A DNA stretch of 63,632 nt, counting the filler, from Octopus bimaculoides (lineage: Eukaryota): the NCBI RefSeq assembly GCF_001194135.2. It is 4 parts of 4 records of this genome, joined end to end, with 100 filler letters (N's around TTAATTAATTAA, not from the genome) between each part and the next. Parts side by side here need not be neighbours in the genome. Positions count along the whole stretch, not along the records: positions 1 to 31,562 come from NC_068983.1; 3 more parts are not named here. One strand, written 5' to 3'. The number at the start of each line of letters is the position of its first letter. The first letter of the stretch is position 1. Positions 13,551 through 27,746 of the stretch are shown in pieces. A program made the translations under genes and the position numbers. Under the pieces are notes generated by a model. It was not told where the DNA came from. It saw only the letters and a list, made by a program, of their open reading frames with translations, and searched no databases.

Positions 13551-15341
13551 ATTTAGATCAGTCGAAAGCTTTCGATTGGACTGACCATCGCTACTTGGAA
13601 GCCGTCCTTAAAGCAGATCCGATAGGTGGCTATTTACTTTAACCACTTGCTCGGTGGTCAAAGTAAATTGCCACTTATCGGAACCATCTAGTATCGCATG
13701 TTCAATCCTTCAGGGCTGCCCGCTGTCACCTCTACTATATATGTTGGCTCTCGAGCCACTTCTGCGTAAGTTAGAACAGTTAAGAGGCCTCCCTTTCGAA
13801 ATAGGACTCGGGAGGACAGTGTCAGCCTACGCCGACAACGTCACAGTCATGGTATCGGACACAACCGAAGCGAAGACGGTCGGCTCCATTGTAAGGGAAT
13901 ATCAGTCGGTTGCAGGGGCCAAAATCAACGCCGACAAGTCGGTGGGATTGTGACTAGGCACCTGGAGAAGCAGATCGATGCCATCAAATGCCGTAGTTGG
14001 ACGCTGGACTGATGGTCCACTTAAACTGCCAGGGTTCTCTTTAGGTCTCGACCTCCAGGTGGGAAGAGGTGACGAACAGGATGGCCTGTTTTATCTAGAA
14101 ATGGACACACAGGAAGTTGTCCCTGAAAGTTCGGGCAGAAGTGGAAAATGCCTACATTGCCTCTGTTATTATTTATCGTGTGATCATAGTGTCTTGCACC
14201 AGTTACTGCTTCATGAGATAGGAGAGTATCCTGTTTATTTTCTTGTGGAAGGGACGCGTGCCAATGGTCAGGTGGTCAGTTTGTTGCTAACTTCCTCCGC
14301 GTGGCGGCGTAGGCATGCCATGGCTTTTGATGTGCACACACGGACTCAAGTTGTGCCACCTACAACGATTTCTAGAAGGTGGACGTGTGTGGGCTCCGTT
14401 TGTGAGACACGCCTTTGTGCAGCTCGTATCCTTGAAGGAGCTTAAATTTTGGGTAAAAGATAGGCCAAGACTAGGCGCCTGGCACTTAGAATGTCGTCAG
14501 GCGCTCACTATCCTCTACAAGTCGGGCAAAATCATAAGTGGATGTTCATACAGAGGATTATTAGCGAGGAAGTGCGACGACGTACTTAGGGAGACATTAG
14601 GTGCCGACAAAGACGAACTGGCAAGTCTATTCCAGAGGCCTTTTCTGTCGAGGACTATTGTGATAATTTCCATATGTCTTTGACCTGGCACTGCTATAGG
14701 GGGACGAAATCGGTTCGAGATAATCTCTACAGGCGTGGATGTGCTGTCAGACGGGCTTCCTCGAGGTGCTCGCAGAGCGATGAAACTGTTCTGCATGCAT
14801 TGGTCCAGTGTCCGGGCATTGCTGACGTAGGTAGATATGTCGAACATCTGCTCTCGCGTGTGTGGCAGCCGAGTCTATGACTGCCCCGCCGCCCTGCTTT
14901 AATCGGGCAGGCGATGCAGTTTTACTTTGTCTAGTGGCTGTTACGAAATAGGTTGTCTGGTTCTGGTGGATGAGGCTGAAAGGAACGAGGACAGAAACAT
15001 GCTTCTTTGGTAAAAGTCTCATAGACTTTTTCAAGTTTCACTTGAAAAGGAAAGTGAGGGGGGAAAGAGGGATGTGCAGTCCTCGAGTGAATTTATGAAA
15101 AAGATGAGTTTAAGTTTCGAAAATGGCAAGAGTGGATGGTACCACTCTGAGTGTAGACCTATAGGTCAGAAGAAAGGAATTTCGATTGGGTACCCGTGGT
15201 TGGTATTCAGGGTGATCTTCGATGGTGGGGTACTTCGATTTTCTCGAGATGTCCTCCTGTATCAGAAGATCAACACCACTCTCACTTTTTCTTTTTGTAG
15301 TGCTGTATACTAAATATACTTCTCTTCTTTTAATGTATACT

Positions 15342-15378
<37 letters not shown>

Positions 15379-15458
15379 CGATTGTATGTAAGCCCGCACA
15401 CTTTATGTCTGTCTTTGTATTGTCCTCCTCATTCTTCGCCCTGACGGCAAAGAAAAGT
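13551..15458 (+). mobile_element. 5'-truncated L1/Tx1-clade LINE (RT, zf-RVT, 3' UTR), frameshifted
   Basis: LDQSKAFD, SILQGCPLSPLLYMLALEPLLRKL, VSAYADNVTV (YADD box), GAKINADKSVGL, C..C...DETVLHALVQC; 3' UTR ends gccctgacggcaaagaaaag followed by (TTA)n. Confidence 0.9.
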
Positions 15459-15459
15459 A

Positions 15460-15515
<56 letters not shown>

Positions 15516-15519
15516 GTAA

Positions 15520-16050
15520 CAAAATAACGCTGGATTACGATGCGAAACCCCAAATACCCAACACGACTACCGTTTGAGAAGCGTACACCAATCACATGCA
15601 TCATAACCATATGTGCGTGACATGGTGATCTCATATCAAGATACGCAGCACATGACCTTGCAGGTGGGACTCTCAGAATTTTCTCCAGGTCGTGTAGCCT
15701 TTCCTGTTCAAAGGTTTGTTTAACTCCTGATTAAGAGTTGTTTAAAATGATGAACGAAACATATGTTAATTTTTCAAAATCCCTAAAAATTCCTCTCAAC
15801 ACACGGCTCTGATGTGCGCCCTCTACTTTTGCTCATTATCAGAAATGTACGTATCTCAGATCGTCAGCCACTAAGGGGCATTTTCAACTAGGTAAGTTCA
15901 AGCAGCTCACAAGCAAATCAGTTGTATTTAGCAGAATATTTGCTGTCGCCCATTTTTTACCCCGAAGCAAAATCATGTACATGATAACTCTTCTAATCAC
16001 TTAAAACCAAATGCCATGAGAGTCGCTCCCTGGTATTGCATCGAGGAATT
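15520..16050. repeat. Interspersed repeat flanked by (TTA)n, longer copy 2
   Basis: Direct-orientation homologue of 11915-12131, about 530 bp, bounded by (TTA)n at both ends. Confidence 0.75.
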
Positions 16051-18189
16051 TATTATTATTATTAGTCGTTTTCTACTGTGTGAATTATTTGTCGTTTATG
16101 ATTTCTTGGTTAAGACTTTCAGAAGTTTTATAAGATACTTTTGCTTCATAATTGAGTACACTGTATCATTTTCTCAATCCCCGAGAAGAGTATTTAACAT
16201 AGAATCTTATGAATAGATATCTTTTTGTGGAGCTTCATGCATGCGTGTAGGATTTTCCGTTGATATATACATTTATGGATTTCCATCTATATCTTAGTAC
16301 ATGTGTTAGTGACTCCTTTGTATGAAGCTGATCTCTTTTCACGTGTAGATTTTATTCTCTTCATTACTAAGTATGGAGATGAAGTTTTATTTCCGTTCTT
16401 ATACATAAATATATGTTTCTTTGATTACTTGATTCCGACCTCTGCAAACATCATCTTTATTTCGAATTTTTCTTTCTTCTTTGTGTCTGTTCATCTTTCG
16501 ATTTAGATCATTGTGGCGTTTTTACTTAAACTCCATGTTTGTCTGAGAACACATCTGTTGCATGTGTGGTACATGATTTCGTTTTTGGCTTCCTTCTTTT
16601 ATTGAGAATGTTTTTGCGTGGTGGAATAATGATATGATGCATTTATTCGTTTTCGGGAACTTATCTAGTGTGTGTCGTTTCAGCTACCTTGCACATTGTA
16701 TTATGTTTAATGTATTTTTAATAAGTTTATTTATTTCTGTTTCAGGTATTTCTTTTAGTTTTAACATGAACTTCGATACATTAACTATTGCCTTTTGAGA
16801 TATTTTACACCTAGCGTCTTGGTGTACATTTCTCCGTGACTTTTATAACTATTTTATGATGTGTTTCGAGTGGTGCTGCGTTGAATGAGGAATTAGTATT
16901 CATAGGTATAGCGTTCTCATTTAAGAGTGTATTTACTATACAAACAGTACGTGGCTGTTCCTTTTGATGAAAATATTCTGAGAAGTGAATGTGTCTGAAG
17001 CAATTGTTATATAGATTTCGAACCATACTTGTATTAAACACCCACTATTACATTTATCCTAAACCATGAGTCATAGAGTACTGTGTTTGTCACTGTTTCA
17101 AATGTTACATTTATTTCGCAGCCTGTTTGTATTAAACTCACACTATGACATTTATCGTACACCATGACCCAGGGGTTATTATATTTGTTGCTGTTTGATT
17201 TATGAAAGGAAATAATTAATCTGTTTTCAAATAGTATTGGCTATTACTTTAACTTGGCTCGTATCAATTTACTTGTCCCATTGCGTACTAGTTCATTATT
17301 TTCATACACGTAAATTATTTCAACAAGGTATTTTGTGTATATGATTCACATCTAGGATATAAGAGATAATCTTACGTAAGCAAATCTGTATAACATTATT
17401 TTCTACGGTTTTCGTTTTATATATTTAATTTCTTCTTGGAATTAATGATGTTAAATTTGTTTTATAGAACGGTAAATTTCTACGTTCACATAGCTATTCA
17501 TAAAAATTATCAGTAAAATAATAATCCACCTCCTTACTTTCCTTCTTCTCCACTCCCTCTATATCAATATCCTTCCTACCCTTCTGTTTCTCCATCTCCT
17601 CCCACTCCTCCTCATTATCATTTCACTTTCACCGTAATCATTATATGAAGTATTCACTGGTAGCAACGTGTGATTGATAGCACTACACAACAACTTGTTT
17701 ATCTACTCTAAAGTGTAACCTTACAATATCAGTTGTAATTAAATGTCAAATTAAATAATAACCACAGTATTAATTAAATCGTAATCGTATTAAAATCTGG
17801 AAAATAAAATTTAATTATATTAAATAAGATTCAAGCCGTTAAAATATATATTCGTATAACATTAGGAGAGTTATATAGTTTACTTTTGATAAAAACAGTG
17901 TATAATTTTTACTGTTAACATACCATAAATAGTAATAAAATATATTTTATGACTATCTAGTTCATAGAAATAATGCTGCAAAATGAATTAAATTTCGTGT
18001 TTATTGACAGCGTTTATCGGGAATATACAAGCTTGATAGTTGAAAGTAGGGAAGAATTCATTGCATCCATTCACACACCTCTCGCTGATGAATTAACACG
18101 AAAAACTTGCGATTGAATGAATCCTTTCTTCTAAAGACCAAGCAGAGGTCATCTAATGGACTTTGGTAAATCATTATCCTCCTAATTTC

Positions 18190-18412
18190 AGTGATGAAGC
18201 CTGGACTGACCCATGGCTATAGTAGAAAACTCTTGTCCAATGTGACTGATAAAAACGAGATGTTAGTGGCTATGATATTTGTGAACAGTCCAAAAAATTC
18301 CACACGATGTGCTTCTCTAGAACTAACCATACCAAAAACTTCATTGCAACGCCTAATGCATAAGCTGAAATTAAAACGTGATAACTCTAGACCTACTTTT
18401 GGGACACCCTTT
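18190..18412 (+). mobile_element. Internally deleted mariner/Tc1 fragment with right TIR
   Basis: SPKNSTRCASLELTIPKTSLQRLMHKLKLK (HTH region) joined to cctacttttgggacaccctt-TA (reverse complement of a CAGGGTGTCCCAAAAGT-type TIR). Confidence 0.65.
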
Positions 18413-18759
18413 ATATATGTATGCAACATATAAGATCTTCAGAAGTGTTGATCGGCTTTTTCAAAAGCTACCTGCATCTGTCGTACGAAAGGATCGTTAT
18501 TATGGTGAATTCTTTTAATAGGTATAGAGTTGTAGATATTTTGTAGGTGGGAGACAAATACCACTGTAGATCTGATGCAGGTGAGTGTCTCTTACTATGG
18601 AAAGAGAATTATTGAAGAGTAGTTTTATCTTCTGGGCATCCGAATTATGGAAGAACAAGAGATATATGTAGAGAAATGGATTCTTTCTGATGATAGATGG
18701 AGTATTATCTAGCTGAGATGTCTTGCTGCCTTGTTTCTTTAACATTCTAAGCATTTGAG

Positions 18760-19680
18760 CAACTTATCTGTTACTTGAGCTACTCCAGATCAGCTTGTTA
18801 TATACCAGTTTGCGTTTAAAAGATGGATGATTGTCACATTCGGAGTTACGTACGCGATTTTACCAAGAATCCTCAGGCAAATTGCCTCAATTTTATTTTC
18901 AGATTACTGCAAGGCATTTGAAAAGATCAACGAAAATGCCATATTACATATCCTGATGAATTATATGTCAGATGAGAATGTCAGAATTAATATAATCATT
19001 TGTGAAAATTAATCTAGATTTGAGCAACGTACAAACTGTTCATATAAACGGTTTCCAACAATAGCAGGAACCTTTGAGAGAGGCAGCCTGGCACTTTTTT
19101 CTCACAACACATGTCAGGGTGTGATTAGCACCTTGGGCCTTATGTTGCAATCTGTAGGGAAGTCTTCTAACTCGAAACAGACAATCCATGATTGCTTGAA
19201 ATATGTTCCAATACATCTAGCCATCAAGAATTTCAAAGTAAAACGACTCTTCCTTTGGGACAATTGTAAAAAGAAAATTCCTCTATGAACTTGAGGCTTA
19301 TACTAGGAGAAAAGTGCTTCAAATTCCCTTGATGTTAGGAAGACCAAGCTACTTAGAACTTCTCAAAACATCACAAAACCTAAATGGAGATTTATGGCTC
19401 TATTCCACCATTCTCAATATCTGTACGATTCCTTCTCAACGTAGGTTAGGTCTTGCTGTCCAAAGCCATGGTGCTGTATATCACACCCTATCACCATATC
19501 AGATGCCGTTTTTAAAAGTAACCTCCACTCCATGACAATGGACACAGACCATTTACTTGCATCGATATTATGAAACACAACACAAAATTGAAGACCTACC
19601 AAAGTTAATAGGTTAATAGGAAGCAGAGGTCTTCAGAGCAGAATGGTGAAAGGCAATTTGGTTGCAACTGCTTGAAGAAA
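18760..19680 (+). mobile_element. Old RTE-like LINE remnant
   Basis: ILFSDYCKAFEKINENAILHIL (RT DFxKAFD motif), with weaker downstream RTE-like motifs; heavily decayed. Confidence 0.5.
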
Positions 19681-20122
19681 AAAGTACACCATATTACATT
19701 TTCAAAATAGCTAATGGAATTTTTGGTCACTAAGAAACATAGCGAAAGAACTAAAATGTATAATTATAATGTTCTAGGAGAAATAGATTTATGTTTTGTC
19801 CGGTTTAATTCTGAGACAGATAAGAAGTTTAAATCAGGTGGGTGAATACACAGATGTGCTATTAAACTATATTGAATGCCCAAGGAGTGGGACGTGTATA
19901 AATAAGAGCATGTTTCGTAAAGCATCGAAATAAAATGGGATTTAAAAAATATATATACGTATATAGGGAGAAGAAAGAAGAGGAAAGGTAAAGAGATATT
20001 TTATTGATATATATATATAAGAACTGGTGGGAAGATGCAAAATTTTGAAGAGAAAATCTAACCAATGCATACAAACGTACATGCATATATGTGTGTGTGT
20101 ATGTGTGCGTGTGTGTGTGTAT

Positions 20123-20165
<43 letters not shown>

Positions 20166-20984
20166 CATACAGAGAAAGTGTTTCTGTGTATGTGTATGCA
20201 TAGAGATTTAAGTAAAAAAGAAAACAAATAGATGTATATATATATATATATACAGGGAAATTATAACCATCAACGTCGGAGTGTAATAAATAGAACAAAA
20301 GTGAATGATTATGTCAGAAGACAGTTTGTTGAGAATGGAAGAGTGTGAACTGTAAAGTACCTAGGGAGTGATACTTAAGAAAATATAAATAAGTGAAATG
20401 ATCGATGGAAGAAGAATTCCACAAGAAATAAAATATCTATCCCTATAAATCTATAGCGCAAGGAAAAAGTAACTGACAGTAGTAAGTAAATAGATAGACG
20501 AGAATTTTGTGACTACGTAAAAGTAGTATACAATGATTTAATATCACAGAGATTACCTATATTCCATGAAGTATGGAAGCAATTGAAAAAGAAATCATCA
20601 AATATAGACATAAGTACAAGTTTATATAAACTATTATATATATAGATGTACACACACAGATATATAAATATACTTAAAAACATCAGAAAAAGCATCTATA
20701 TTTATCGAACTATCTATTTATGCTTCAGACGAAATGAACTCGTGAATTGTGCATATATATATATATATATATATACACATACACACACATACATATATAC
20801 ACATATTTATATATACGTCTATGTATATATATATGTATCTATGGTAAGTCTATAAAGTCAGCTATTTGGGTTAGGGCCTCTTGTTCAATTTGAACGAGGA
20901 GCTCTAACCCCTGACCCGTCCAGCTTTGTTGGTGCAATTTATGCACCTCCATTATTATAATGCTATCCTCTATATCAATTTTAA

Positions 20985-21850
20985 TTTTAGTGACGCGCCG
21001 ACCAAGATATGTCGGCACGATCAGAAATTATTCAGTTGTTAGTGGCACTGTGGAATGTTCTCTTGCTTCTTCTTTCGTTGTAAAGCGCACTTCCACAGTA
21101 CGGAAGTATTTTCCTCTTGTTACATATGGTTACCTGTTCCATATTGCTTTAACGCAATTTCAATTGCTGTTGAGTCGCTCGTTTCACTCTTCTTTTCTAT
21201 AATATTTAATGTTCAGTAAATCACCGGTTTTTTCTGCGTTTGTTTTTGTCTGTTCTTGTGGGGTGTTAAGGAAGATGTTATTCTCTTCCTTCCTAAACAA
21301 CCTCTTAACATTTTTAAAGTCGTCAATAGTTAACAGAATTAACAGCCTTGTTTGTTTCGCCACCGAGGCGAAACTGTTGCCGCTTGGTTTGTCGTTGTTG
21401 TTCTTGTTTGACAGTTGGTTTTCGTTTGTATTGTGTGTGTTCATGTCGGTTTTGTCGGTGTTTTCTTCGCTTTTTCCATGTTGATGGTGGTGTTTTTTTT
21501 CACTATTTCCATGTTAATAGTGCTACTGGTCCTGTAAGTGGTTTTGATACTATTATTTGTGCCGTTCATAGGGAGGGGGAAATCTTTGCTGTACTGACCA
21601 TCACAACAGCCAATGTCACTCCCCTCGACAGAAGAAGCCATCTTGTTTTTCGTTCGACAAAAAACAAAAAAAGTATTTTTTAAAGGAGAAAAAGTCCAAA
21701 ATTCGCCCTTAAAAAGGAAAACTTTTAACAAAGAACCCACTCTGCACACCAAAAGTGGTTCAGAAAACAGAAATAGTAAAAAAATCTGCAACAAAATCCC
21801 AACTTACGGAGCGCTCAAAACACCTCTTACCACGCCGTTTAACCAATAAA
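20985..21850 (-). mobile_element. 5' UTR/ORF1 portion of an L1/Tx1-like element
   Basis: Low-complexity N/T/K-rich N-terminus, SFASVAKQ, then RTVEVRFTTKEEAREHSTVPL...PTYLGRRVT (ORF1 RRM-like); stops and frameshifts; no ORF2 follows. Confidence 0.6.
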
Positions 21851-21881
21851 CGAGGAATTTTGCTCAAGAACAAAATATATC

Positions 21882-21950
21882 ACCTGTTATAGGAATTGAA
21901 TCCACGAACACGCCATCGTGAGTACAACACTCTAACCATTAGGCCATGCG
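21882..21950 (-). mobile_element. tRNA-like SINE head
   Basis: Reverse complement gcatggcctaatggttagagtg (A box) ...ggattcaattcc (B box); no complete cloverleaf, so not called a tRNA. Confidence 0.55.
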
Positions 21951-21965
21951 TTCTCAGTTAATGTT

Positions 21966-22079
<114 letters not shown>

Positions 22080-22189
22080 AATAACAATAACAGCAACAAC
22101 AACAACAACAACAACAACAATAATAATAATAATAACGATAATAATAATGAAAGTAATAATTACGCGTTGCCTGGTAGATTCCCAAAGAT

Positions 22190-22915
22190 AGTTTCAGCAA
22201 ATAGTAGTAGTGAGACATGGTTATATCTGCTACAGGGAATGCTGAAGAGGGAGACATAAAGTCTGCTAGTAGCTTCATACGATGAAGTAATAAGGACTAA
22301 TTGGATAAAAGCCAAAATAGAAAGAAACCAAGTAGATTCCTAATGTAGATTATGCAAATCAAGAGAAGAAACCGTTACTTATATAGTAAGTGAATGTAGC
22401 ATGATGGCACAGAAAGAATACAAGAAAAGACATGGCAATTTAAGGAGAGCTATCCAAAACATACTGATAAATAGTAAAGTAATAAAAAGTAAGAAGTACA
22501 AGATGTTGTGGACTTTAACATTCAGACTGACAGAGTAACAGAAGCTAGAATGCTTGATTTGGTAATAGATAAAGAGAATAGAAAATGCCAGAATATTGAC
22601 TTTACAGTCTCAAATGATGAAAAGATTAATAAGAGAAGTATAGAAAAATAGCAAAGTACCAGGACCTAGCTATTGAATTACAGAGACTATGGAAAGTGCG
22701 GGTAAAATGTATCCCAGTAGTTATAGGTACATTGGGAATTATCCCTAATGATCTGAACAGATGGATAAAGGAAATAGGCATCAAACTCAATTTAGTACAG
22801 CTCCAAAAAAAAAACAAAAAAAACAGAGTTATTAAGGACAGCTAGAACACTTAGATGGATTCTTGGCATCTAGGGTTACTTGCTGTAATCCGATAGGAGG
22901 GTTCCTCAAATGTAA
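22190..22915 (+). mobile_element. R4/Dong-type REL LINE 3' remnant
   Basis: ETWLYLLQGMLKR, IRTNWIKAKIE, CRLCKSREETVTYIVSEC...KEYKKRH, KYQDLAIELQRLWKVRVKCIPVVIGTLG; between (TAA)n tracts. Confidence 0.85.
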
Positions 22916-22982
22916 GGCAACTAGTTGTAGCCCGATGTTAGGATTCTTTACTTTTCCAACAGTCTAATCTTTTGAATGTATA

Positions 22983-23022
<40 letters not shown>

Positions 23023-23434
23023 TAATAATAATAATAATATGGTACCCTAGGCATAACACCTACATGAACTTCTAACTTGTTGTCTCTTGAGGTCTCTGGG
23101 TGAGACTTGGATCCAGCTTGTACAAATGCAAAACAAAAGTCAAACATAAAATAATAATAATAATGATNNNNNNNNNNNNNNNNNNNNNNNNNNNNNNNNN
23201 NNNNNNNNNNNNNNNNNNNNNNNNNNNNNNNNNNNNNNNNNNNNNNNNNNNNNNNNNNNNNNNNNNNNNNNNNNNNNGGAGGAGGAGGAGGAGGAGGAGG
23301 AGGAGGATAATATCAGCAGCATTACAAGAACAACAACAACCACAACAACAACAACATTAATAAAAACAGCAACAACAGCATCAAAACACAACAACAACAA
23401 CAATAATAATAATAATAATCATAATTCTTTCCAT

Positions 23435-23590
23435 TATGGTGTAAGGCCTAAAAGTTTTAGGGAGGGAGCTCGCCGATTATATTGACACCCAGTGCTCAGC
23501 TGGTACTTATTTGATCTACCTCGATGGGATAACATGGAAAGTTGATTTCGGCAGAATTTAAAAACAGAACATGAAGCCGGACGACATGTG
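23435..23590 (-). mobile_element. SINE, second family, partial
   Basis: cccagtgctcagctggtacttattt...aaagttgatttcggcagaattt matches the 9691 copy. Confidence 0.65.
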
Positions 23591-23689
23591 GCTAAGTATT
23601 GTGTTCCGCTTACTAAGGATTCTGTCAGCTCACTGCCTTAGTAATAATAATAATTGTTCTGAGCATTCTATATCAGGAGTTATACTAAC

Positions 23690-24075
23690 CTGTTGTCCAG
23701 AAGAAAGGTTAGGGAGTGTTTTATGTTGTGTTAGGATTGTGTTGAATCAGAGGAAAACAGTTTACGGAAGTATGAAAAAATTGCTGTATAAACATTTTTC
23801 GTTATACATGATATTCGGCATAGCATGTGACAAGAGGATCGACGAGTAAAACGAAAAAGTGAACAACTATGATGAATTGAAGTGGGAAATACGCATTTTG
23901 TAAGAAATGAAGAGAGTGGACGTGATACCAACAGTGACTGGCACGCTTGGAAATATCAGCACGCAACTACCAACGTGGCTCAGAAAGATAGGAAAGAATG
24001 TAATGATAGAATATCTATAAATATTATCATTGCTTGAAACTGTAAGATTTTTCCATGGAGTTCTTGAAGCGTGGC
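23690..24075 (+). mobile_element. R4/Dong-type LINE 3' remnant
   Basis: NYDELKWEIRIL*EMKRVDVIPTVTGTLGNISTQLPTWLRKIG...LLETVRFFHGVLE. Confidence 0.7.
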
Positions 24076-24326
24076 TGGTAAACAAGTGCCACTTCAGTCT
24101 GCTGGCTGTTAGCAGCTGACACTTTTCCCAGCAAAATAAGCTGAGCGATTTAATGAAATAATAATAATGATTATAACGATGAATATAATGATAGCAACAG
24201 CAATAATGATAATGGGAAAACAATAAACATATTCTAGAGAGAATATAGGTAAAACTGGCTAGTATGGATGTGGTTGATGAAGGAACAATAAATTTTTTTA
24301 TGCAAGCCTTAGAGGGATGTAATTCT

Positions 24327-24534
24327 GAGAATGATAAAATTGACTTGGACAACTGATATGCATTCCATTGGAGCCTGTTTAACTCACAATGGTACGCTTA
24401 TGGATTATGATATATATACAAGCATAGAAGCACACACACATCACTATCTATAATTGTATCCATGTATTCATTGTGAAGCAAACAGGCTCCAATGCAATAT
24501 AATATCAGTTGTGCAAGTCAATCTTATCATTATC
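24327..24534. mobile_element. Fold-back element / MITE with ~65-bp inverted arms
   Basis: 24327-24391 (gagaatgataaaattgacttggacaactgatatg...ggagcctgtttaactcacaatg) is the imperfect reverse complement of 24469-24534. Confidence 0.75.
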
Positions 24535-26471
24535 ATAAGAAAACGACAAGTGAGAATAAGTAAGAAATTAAAAGGTTAAAAGTTAAAAAATGAAAATTAC
24601 ACAGATCTCATTGAAACGTTTGGATTAATAAATAATATTATTATATTTTATCGTATTGTACTGTTAAGAAAAAGAAGCAACTTATTCAGTAGTAACAAAT
24701 AACTTATATAAACTCTTGTTTCAAAAGCGTGCGAGTTAATGATATAAGAATCTCAATGACATACATGAATCAATAGGTGAGTTGGAAGGGAATTATAAAG
24801 GATTATAGTGAAACAAAAGTGATAGTATCCGATGCAATTTCAAACTGTAAAGTGAAAAAATCCTTGGACAAGTCTCGATACTAGTACATCACCTGCTTTG
24901 ATAGGATAATATGAAAACTGCATAGATATGGGACTGATCCTTGGATAACGATGGAGTGTAATATAAATAGGATTAAGGAAGGTGTGAATTAAAACAAAGA
25001 GGGAAAGAAATAAGGCAAAATATTGTTGTAACCTGAAGGTAGATGGTAAAGCGTGAGACAACGTGCTAATGATGGATAGATGTGAGGAGGTGAAATACAT
25101 CACTGTTCTTAAGATATATTATGTGAAAATGTGTATGAGGCGGCAAACAAAGTCGAAAGAATGACGATAATAGATTTCAGTAGAGATAGGTCAGTGATAC
25201 AGGATCAAAAGGTATATATAAACGTGGCGATTTATATTAACTCAGAAAGGCGTAATATCAGAAACTGATACGCCGAAAATGAGATGAGTTGTGTGAAGGA
25301 TTAATGGTTTCAAGGAGAATACACCACGGAAAAATTTAGAAATATTAATAACGAATACCACCTGACAACGTTAATAAAATTAAGTTTCATTGTTAAAGTT
25401 AAAATCGTTCCTATTTGGAAAGTGTTCAGACAAAATCTCCATGATCTCTAAAAAGAACTTCCTGCTAAATGGTAAATTCTACACCGGTAAGAAAGGATTA
25501 ACATATCAGCTAACGCAATACAAGTGATAAATATGTAAGTTGAATAATTAAAAAAAAAATAATTTGACAAATATAGAAGTTACAGGACATAAAATAGGAC
25601 AATATAATATTGTATATTTTATTTGTATTTCAATAGAAGCATATAAACCTACGACACAGACATAGGAGGGAAAAGACTATAAGGGTATAATATATTTTGA
25701 TATAATATACCAAACTTGGAGATATATAAATATAAAAACTGAAAAATATACAACCATAGCTATAAAAAAACACGATATAGTTATGTTAGATATACGACGT
25801 TAAAAATATTTAGAAATATTCAAATATAGAAATTTAAAGTAAAAACAGTTTAAAAATATGACAAAAATAAAAATGAAAATATCAGAATGATACCACAGCG
25901 ATGATAAGTCGTTTTACGATAAGAGCTTCATTTATTCGCCGGAATTTAAATATATTCATATGACGAATAATAATAAAGTCTATATGGCATAAATGATTAC
26001 GTTACCATTAGCTGATGGAATATCGAACCAAGAGTTTATGAGTTTATCCCCTGTGTGTTGGAGCAGGTCGAATGTCATTGGTCATTACACATATTAATTA
26101 AATTAATTATTTGTGACTGAAGATAAAAAGGTTCTGTCCTAAAGCATGAATATAGAGGATTAAAAAACCTCGGCTAAAGCAAGGGGGCTAAAGCTCTTAT
26201 TTATGATCCCATCGAATACAGATCACGTTACGCTTGTTTACTAGATTACAGTATCGATTTTCAATTCAAGAATTCACTACCCCTGGTTCTGGTTATTACG
26301 ATTATTTGTGTTGTGTCTCAGTGAGGGTAGGGGCGAGGTGGAGTTGATGATTATCGAGTGGTAGTGTGCATGTACATTTACAGTACTATTTCTAATATAA
26401 TAGTACTTTCATAATGCACAGAAAAGGCCATCACTCTCCCTCTTTCTCACTCTTTCTCTCTTTCTCTTTGT

Positions 26472-26530
<59 letters not shown>

Positions 26531-26811
26531 TGTATAATGCATACATATATATGTACATACGTACACGTATATACATGTGTGTCGACGTCAGTGTATGTGA
26601 AACAGATATTTTGATCAAGTGTAACAGATAATCAATAGCGATATAAAAAAAAATAGAAACTGCTTTGTTACGAATCGACAAAATCTAATTCGAGATTATT
26701 GTCTTTCTACATGATGGCCCAACGATACACAGCTACACGCATTGTCAACAGAAGTCAAATGTCGTAACATCTGACCATATTGTAACAAGACTAGAATTAA
26801 TTACGTCTGTC

Positions 26812-26873
<62 letters not shown>

Positions 26874-27655
26874 ACACACACACACATACACACTGACACA
26901 CACATACATGCACACATACTTACAAATGTATAAATATGTAAGTATATGGGTATATACTCTTTATATATATGCATGCAAATATATCGCTCGTGCATATATA
27001 TACTTTAGTCTTATTAGTCGGAAAAAATGATCGGCTCCTTTTGGTAGAATTGTCAAACACGTAACAATTTTTAACCTGTGGGTGGATTTCCAGTAAAGGT
27101 TATTTGATGCGATGGTAATTAAATTCGTTTCCAACTCTAGGAGTAGACAGTAACAGGCATTGAAAAGTTAAGGAGAAACGAAAGAGGTAAAGAGAAATGA
27201 AAAAGAAAAGTGTACAAAAAAAGACTGAAGTATTTCTATGACGGAATATATGTAGTAGCTTAGGAACGAAACGTAAGTGGTATGTATATATATATATGTT
27301 ATAAAAAGAGAAGAATAAAGAAAGATTATTGATAGATACGAAATAACCATTAGACAGAAAACTAGTTATCAGAATAAGCTTCTACGAAACTATCAATAAC
27401 AAGTTAGTTCTAAACGCAAGCCTCTATTTAGGGCCCGGTGAAACTTAAGAAAGTATAAATCAATGAAATAATCGGTGAAATAATATCCCTCTGATAAATT
27501 TATGAAGTAAGATAAAGGTATATGGTAACCATAAATAAATAAAAGGTAGTTAACTTTGTGCATTGTCTCTAACAATAAAGTGAAAAGAATTAAGATATAT
27601 ATTCAAATAAAGATTGCATATATTTTAACGTGTATGAGAAAGGCTATAGTAATCA

Positions 27656-27736
<81 letters not shown>

Positions 27737-27746
27737 ATATATATAT

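Noticed and set aside
16050-16650. Possible decayed Penelope GIY-YIG C-terminus on the minus strand
   Set aside because: Only faint motif resemblance across many stops; too weak to list without a profile search.
21882-21950. tRNA gene
   Set aside because: A and B boxes only; the acceptor stem and cloverleaf cannot be formed, so it is treated as a SINE head.
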